The notes below the pieces were generated by a model. It was not told where the DNA came from. It was given only the letters and a program-made list of their open reading frames with translations, and did no database searches. DNA of 64,000 nt, taken from contig OZ024752.1 of NCBI GenBank assembly GCA_964016885.1, positions 744,001 through 808,000 of the forward strand. Direction: 5' to 3'. Below are positions 60,415 to 64,000 of this stretch, in pieces; position 1 is the stretch's first letter, and each line of letters begins with the position of its first letter. The stretch is from Eledone cirrhosa (lineage: Eukaryota). The position numbers and the translations under genes were made by a program.

Positions 60415-61120
60415 GATAATAATAATAATTTAATTATTGTTTACAGTGCTCAGGTACACTACAACTCATCAAAGGTGCATGTATAATATATAGAATAATT
60501 GTTTCTACTTTTGGCACAAGGCCAACAATTACCTGTGCATTACTGGTACTTTATTTTATCGACCCCTTAAGGATGAAAGGAAAAGTTAACCTCAGCGTGA
60601 TTTGAACTCAGAATGGCAAGGGCCGTAACTCTATGCGTCAAAGCATGGCATCCGACTTTCTACCGATACTGCCAATCCATTGCCCTATAATACATAGAAT
60701 AATGTACAAATGTCAGGAAAGTGAACAGTGTGTGAGTCATGATATACATGTGTGCATGTGTATGGAGGGGAATATCAGGTGTAGTGTTGGCAAATTTCAG
60801 GAAGCATGGAAGTTTTAAAGGATGCAGTGTCTTGGCAGCTAACAACTGATGCAGGTAGTTTGTTCCATGCTTCAGCAACTCTGAGTGTGAAAAAAAAAAA
60901 TGTTTCCGGAAGTCATGGGAGCTGTGCTGTTTTCTGACTTTTTAGGCATGCCCTTGTGTGTTAGACACATAGAATTCAAAACAGTGCTGAGGGTTGTTGT
61001 TGGCAAGATGGTTAATAATTTTGTGGGTGTTAACCAGACTTTGGAGCTTCAATGTATCCATACCCAGGGAAGCAAGTCATTCAGAGTATGGTAGATGCCT
61101 GATGGAGGGTATTCGCTTGG
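60415..61120 (-). mobile_element. Older CR1 3' fragment with a nested SINE (60497-60686)
   Basis: Colinear with 51602-52235; SINE flanked by duplicated tataata(t/c)atagaataat. Confidence 0.9.
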
Positions 61121-61197
61121 TCATACTCATTTGCTTTACTGTCATACTCTAATTATCTACAACACTGCTCTCATGTATATAATAATATATATGTATA

Positions 61198-61700
61198 TCA
61201 TCACCATCATTGTTTTATGTCCATTTTTCCATGCTTGCATGGGTTGGATGGGTCCTTTTCAGTACAGCATCTCTCCAAACATCACGTTACTTTGTCATCT
61301 CCTCTTAAGTCTCGGTGATTTGAGATCACCTCCCACCACCTCTGCTCAGGTCTTCCTTGGTCTACCTCCACTGCAGCTTCCTATCACTGGGATTTCCTGG
61401 TACTTCTTCACCCACAGACCATCATCCATGTGTATCACATGTCTGTACTAATGCAGTTTTTTCTCTTGCACACAACTTCAGATTATGCTTAAACCCAGTT
61501 TCTCACTCAGTTCATCCAGGCTCTATCTTTCTCTCACATTTACATTTCACATCCAACGAAGCAAGGTAGTTATCAATTACCTCTGCACATCCATTACATA
61601 TGAAGTCTTCTTTTCCTGCTTTTCTGCCTGCTATCCCATTACACCTCTTGTGTGCCCAAGATTTGCATTATGTACATTGTATAGAGTTTCTGCCTAAACG
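61198..61700 (-). mobile_element. Decayed RTE (PHD-bearing family) 3' fragment
   Basis: Similar to 29600-30400, with internal deletion. Confidence 0.8.
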
Positions 61701-61749
61701 GCATTTGACAAAGTTTCGCACTGTGTAATTTGGTGGTCACAAAACAACT

Positions 61750-62590
61750 AAGGATAGATGAATGACTTGTGAGGAATTTACAAGCCATGAACAGAATGGC
61801 AGTCAACAAGGTGAGAGTTGATAATGAGTACAATGATGAATTTAGCTTGCAGGTAGGAATCCATCATAACTCTGTCTTTTGCTTCCTCTGGTTTATTATT
61901 ATATTCCTCCAGGGGTGGTCGATTGGCAGTATTGGTAGAACATCAGAAAACATACTTTATGGCATAGGGTTTAGCTTTGCCTTTCATCCTTATGGGATCA
62001 ATAAAATAAAGTACCAGTTATGCACTGGGGTCAATTTCAACAACTTTCCCTTCCCTCTAAATTTTTGGCCATGTGTCTAAATCAGAAACCATTATCATAT
62101 TCCTCTAAGGAATTTAAGACCTGTTGGCTGTGGAAACTCCTGTATGTTGATGATTTCATCTTAATAACAGAATTTGTAGAAGAATTAGAGAAGATATTCC
62201 AGGCTTGGAAGCAAATTCTGGAATTAAAAGACTTCAGTAAACTTAGTAAGGATTGACATTTTAGTAAGTAGTAAAGAAGACAGAATGCTGCTACAACCAG
62301 AAAAATGGCAGTGCTCAATATGTAAAACAACAACAACAAATAAAAAGGAGTGAGTAGGAACTATGATACATATAGTGTACCCAGTGTGTAAAATGGATAA
62401 AAGGAAAGCTTGCAGAGAAAGTAGACTTCATTTGTGACTGTTACACAGGAGTAGTCAGCAGTGAGTGTACACATGAAATGAATACTTTCAAATGCTCAGA
62501 AGGCTCACTAGAAATAGCTGACAGTTTTTCTTGTCTAGGTGGCCTAATTAGGAGAGGAGGTAGCTGTATTGAAAACATAGTAGCCAGAAT
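61750..62590 (+). mobile_element. Decayed RTE (PHD-bearing family) RT fragment with a nested SINE (~61911-62097)
   Basis: WKLLYVDDFIL (RT YADD box), degenerate finger, IADSFSCLG; SINE flanked by atattcctc. Confidence 0.8.
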
Positions 62591-62599
62591 TATTTTTTT

Positions 62600-63200
62600 T
62601 ATTAGCTCAGATAACATCAAGAAGGCGATTGCATACTTTTCTGTGGGTTTGGGTGCAGGGATTAATGGTATACGACCCCAGCATCTTAAAGATGGTATCT
62701 CCCTGTCAGCTTGTGATGCTGGTCTTGAGCTCATAGGGAGTCTGACCCAGTTTGTCAACATCTTCTTCCCTATATTCGCTCCTTGTCCTTTGGGGCATGC
62801 CCTGGCTTGAGTAAATATCCCCTGAATTCTGGAGCCAGCTGAACAGTTCAGAGTTGATGGGAAGAGAGCAGATGGTCTTACCCTTTGTCCCTGGGTAAGA
62901 GGCAGATGTCTCATTTGGGATGCCACAGTCGGTGACTCGTTTGCTTCTTCCCACATTCTGGATGCTGCAGTAGTAGATCTGAGGATTACTGCTTCTTTAA
63001 CCAAACAGAAGAAAATTCTAAAATACCAAGAATAAGCTGTGGCATTCGAGATGTTTGAAGGAGCTGGACTGCTGACAACGAATTTCTTGTCATCAAGGTG
63101 TCAGATAATGCCTGTGAGTGTGCTTGGTTGTTCCAACACCTTAGCCTCGCCATCATCTGCTGTAACGCTGCCAGTGTGTTAGCTTGTCACAAAAAGTATT
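62600..63200 (+). mobile_element. CRE-clade non-LTR retrotransposon, internally deleted
   Basis: AIAYFSVGLGAGINGIRPQHLKD (pre-RT) fused to LEP...DGKRADGLTLCPWVRGRCLIWDATVGDSFASSH...KY...LFQHLSLAIICCNAASVL (restriction-like endonuclease end). Confidence 0.8.
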
Positions 63201-64000
63201 AGAGGGAGGCTCTGGCACCACTTGTGTGACCAATTGACACAATGTAAAATTAATATTTTCTTTCATTTTCATTCTATATTTATGTAATTAAGTATTGTAT
63301 ATATTATTTGTGTCAATATTTTCAGAGTATTCTACCTACTATTTAAAAAAAAAATTATATACAGGATATTTTATTACAAATTAAAAATTAAAATTACCAC
63401 GATAAAATATATCTTTATTATCTAACAGATTGCTAAGGTTTACTCTGTAGTTTATCTATGTTCTATTATTTCAAAATCTTTCTTTGTCATAATGTATGTA
63501 TGATCACATGCCAAAATGAAGTAGTTACTATTACCTATCCACCACAACTGAAATTAAATCTAACTTGCAATGAGAAGTAGAAGGGAAGTAACTCTAACAT
63601 TGCTCTTTAAACAAGTCTTTAAAATGTCGACGAAATCATTATGCCTGAATGAAAAACACATGAACAAACTCATTGCAGATGTTGATACCTTTCTTTTTGA
63701 CTGCGATGGTAAGTAAAATAAAACAATAACATAAACACACACACTGATTTATCTGTCTTTAAACAAAATGTATTATTCCAAGTATATTTACACATCGCAT
63801 TTAACATTTGTTTACAAGCGACGTCCAGATCATATATGGTTGTATATAACGCTATTTTGTTCATTGTAGTTTCATTCCTACATTATTCAAAGTTTACATT
63901 TTTTGGGTCAACTAGAAAAGTCGTTTTATAAAATTACCCATAAGATATAGTATTTATATCGCAAGACAAATTTTGCTAACCCCTCAAATACTTTTATAGT

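Overview
AT-rich, repeat-dense animal genomic DNA; the SINE/RTE repertoire and (TA)n load point to an octopus/cephalopod (inference). The only host gene I can reconstruct is a minus-strand meiotic HORMAD (Hop1/HORMAD1/2 family). It has 19 coding exons from ATG 53166 to TAA 17418, all GT-AG and phase-compatible (1626 nt, 541 aa), plus a probable non-coding first exon near 56540-56640. The ORF track misses almost all of it. Unlike mammalian HORMAD1/2, the protein has HORMA - PHD finger - winged-helix - C-terminal closure-like motif, i.e. a Hop1-type chromatin-binding region. The gene has 11-, 21- and 27-nt microexons and a recent partial duplication of coding exon 2. The rest is transposon debris: RTE LINEs (one family with a PHD-like finger inside its RT region), CR1, R4/Dong, CRE and I-group LINE fragments, two hAT transposase relics, hAT/piggyBac/Tigger-type MITEs, non-autonomous Helitrons, many tRNA-derived SINEs, decayed hammerhead-like folds and mini/microsatellites. 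All calls are by eye; TE boundaries are approximate unless TSDs are quoted.
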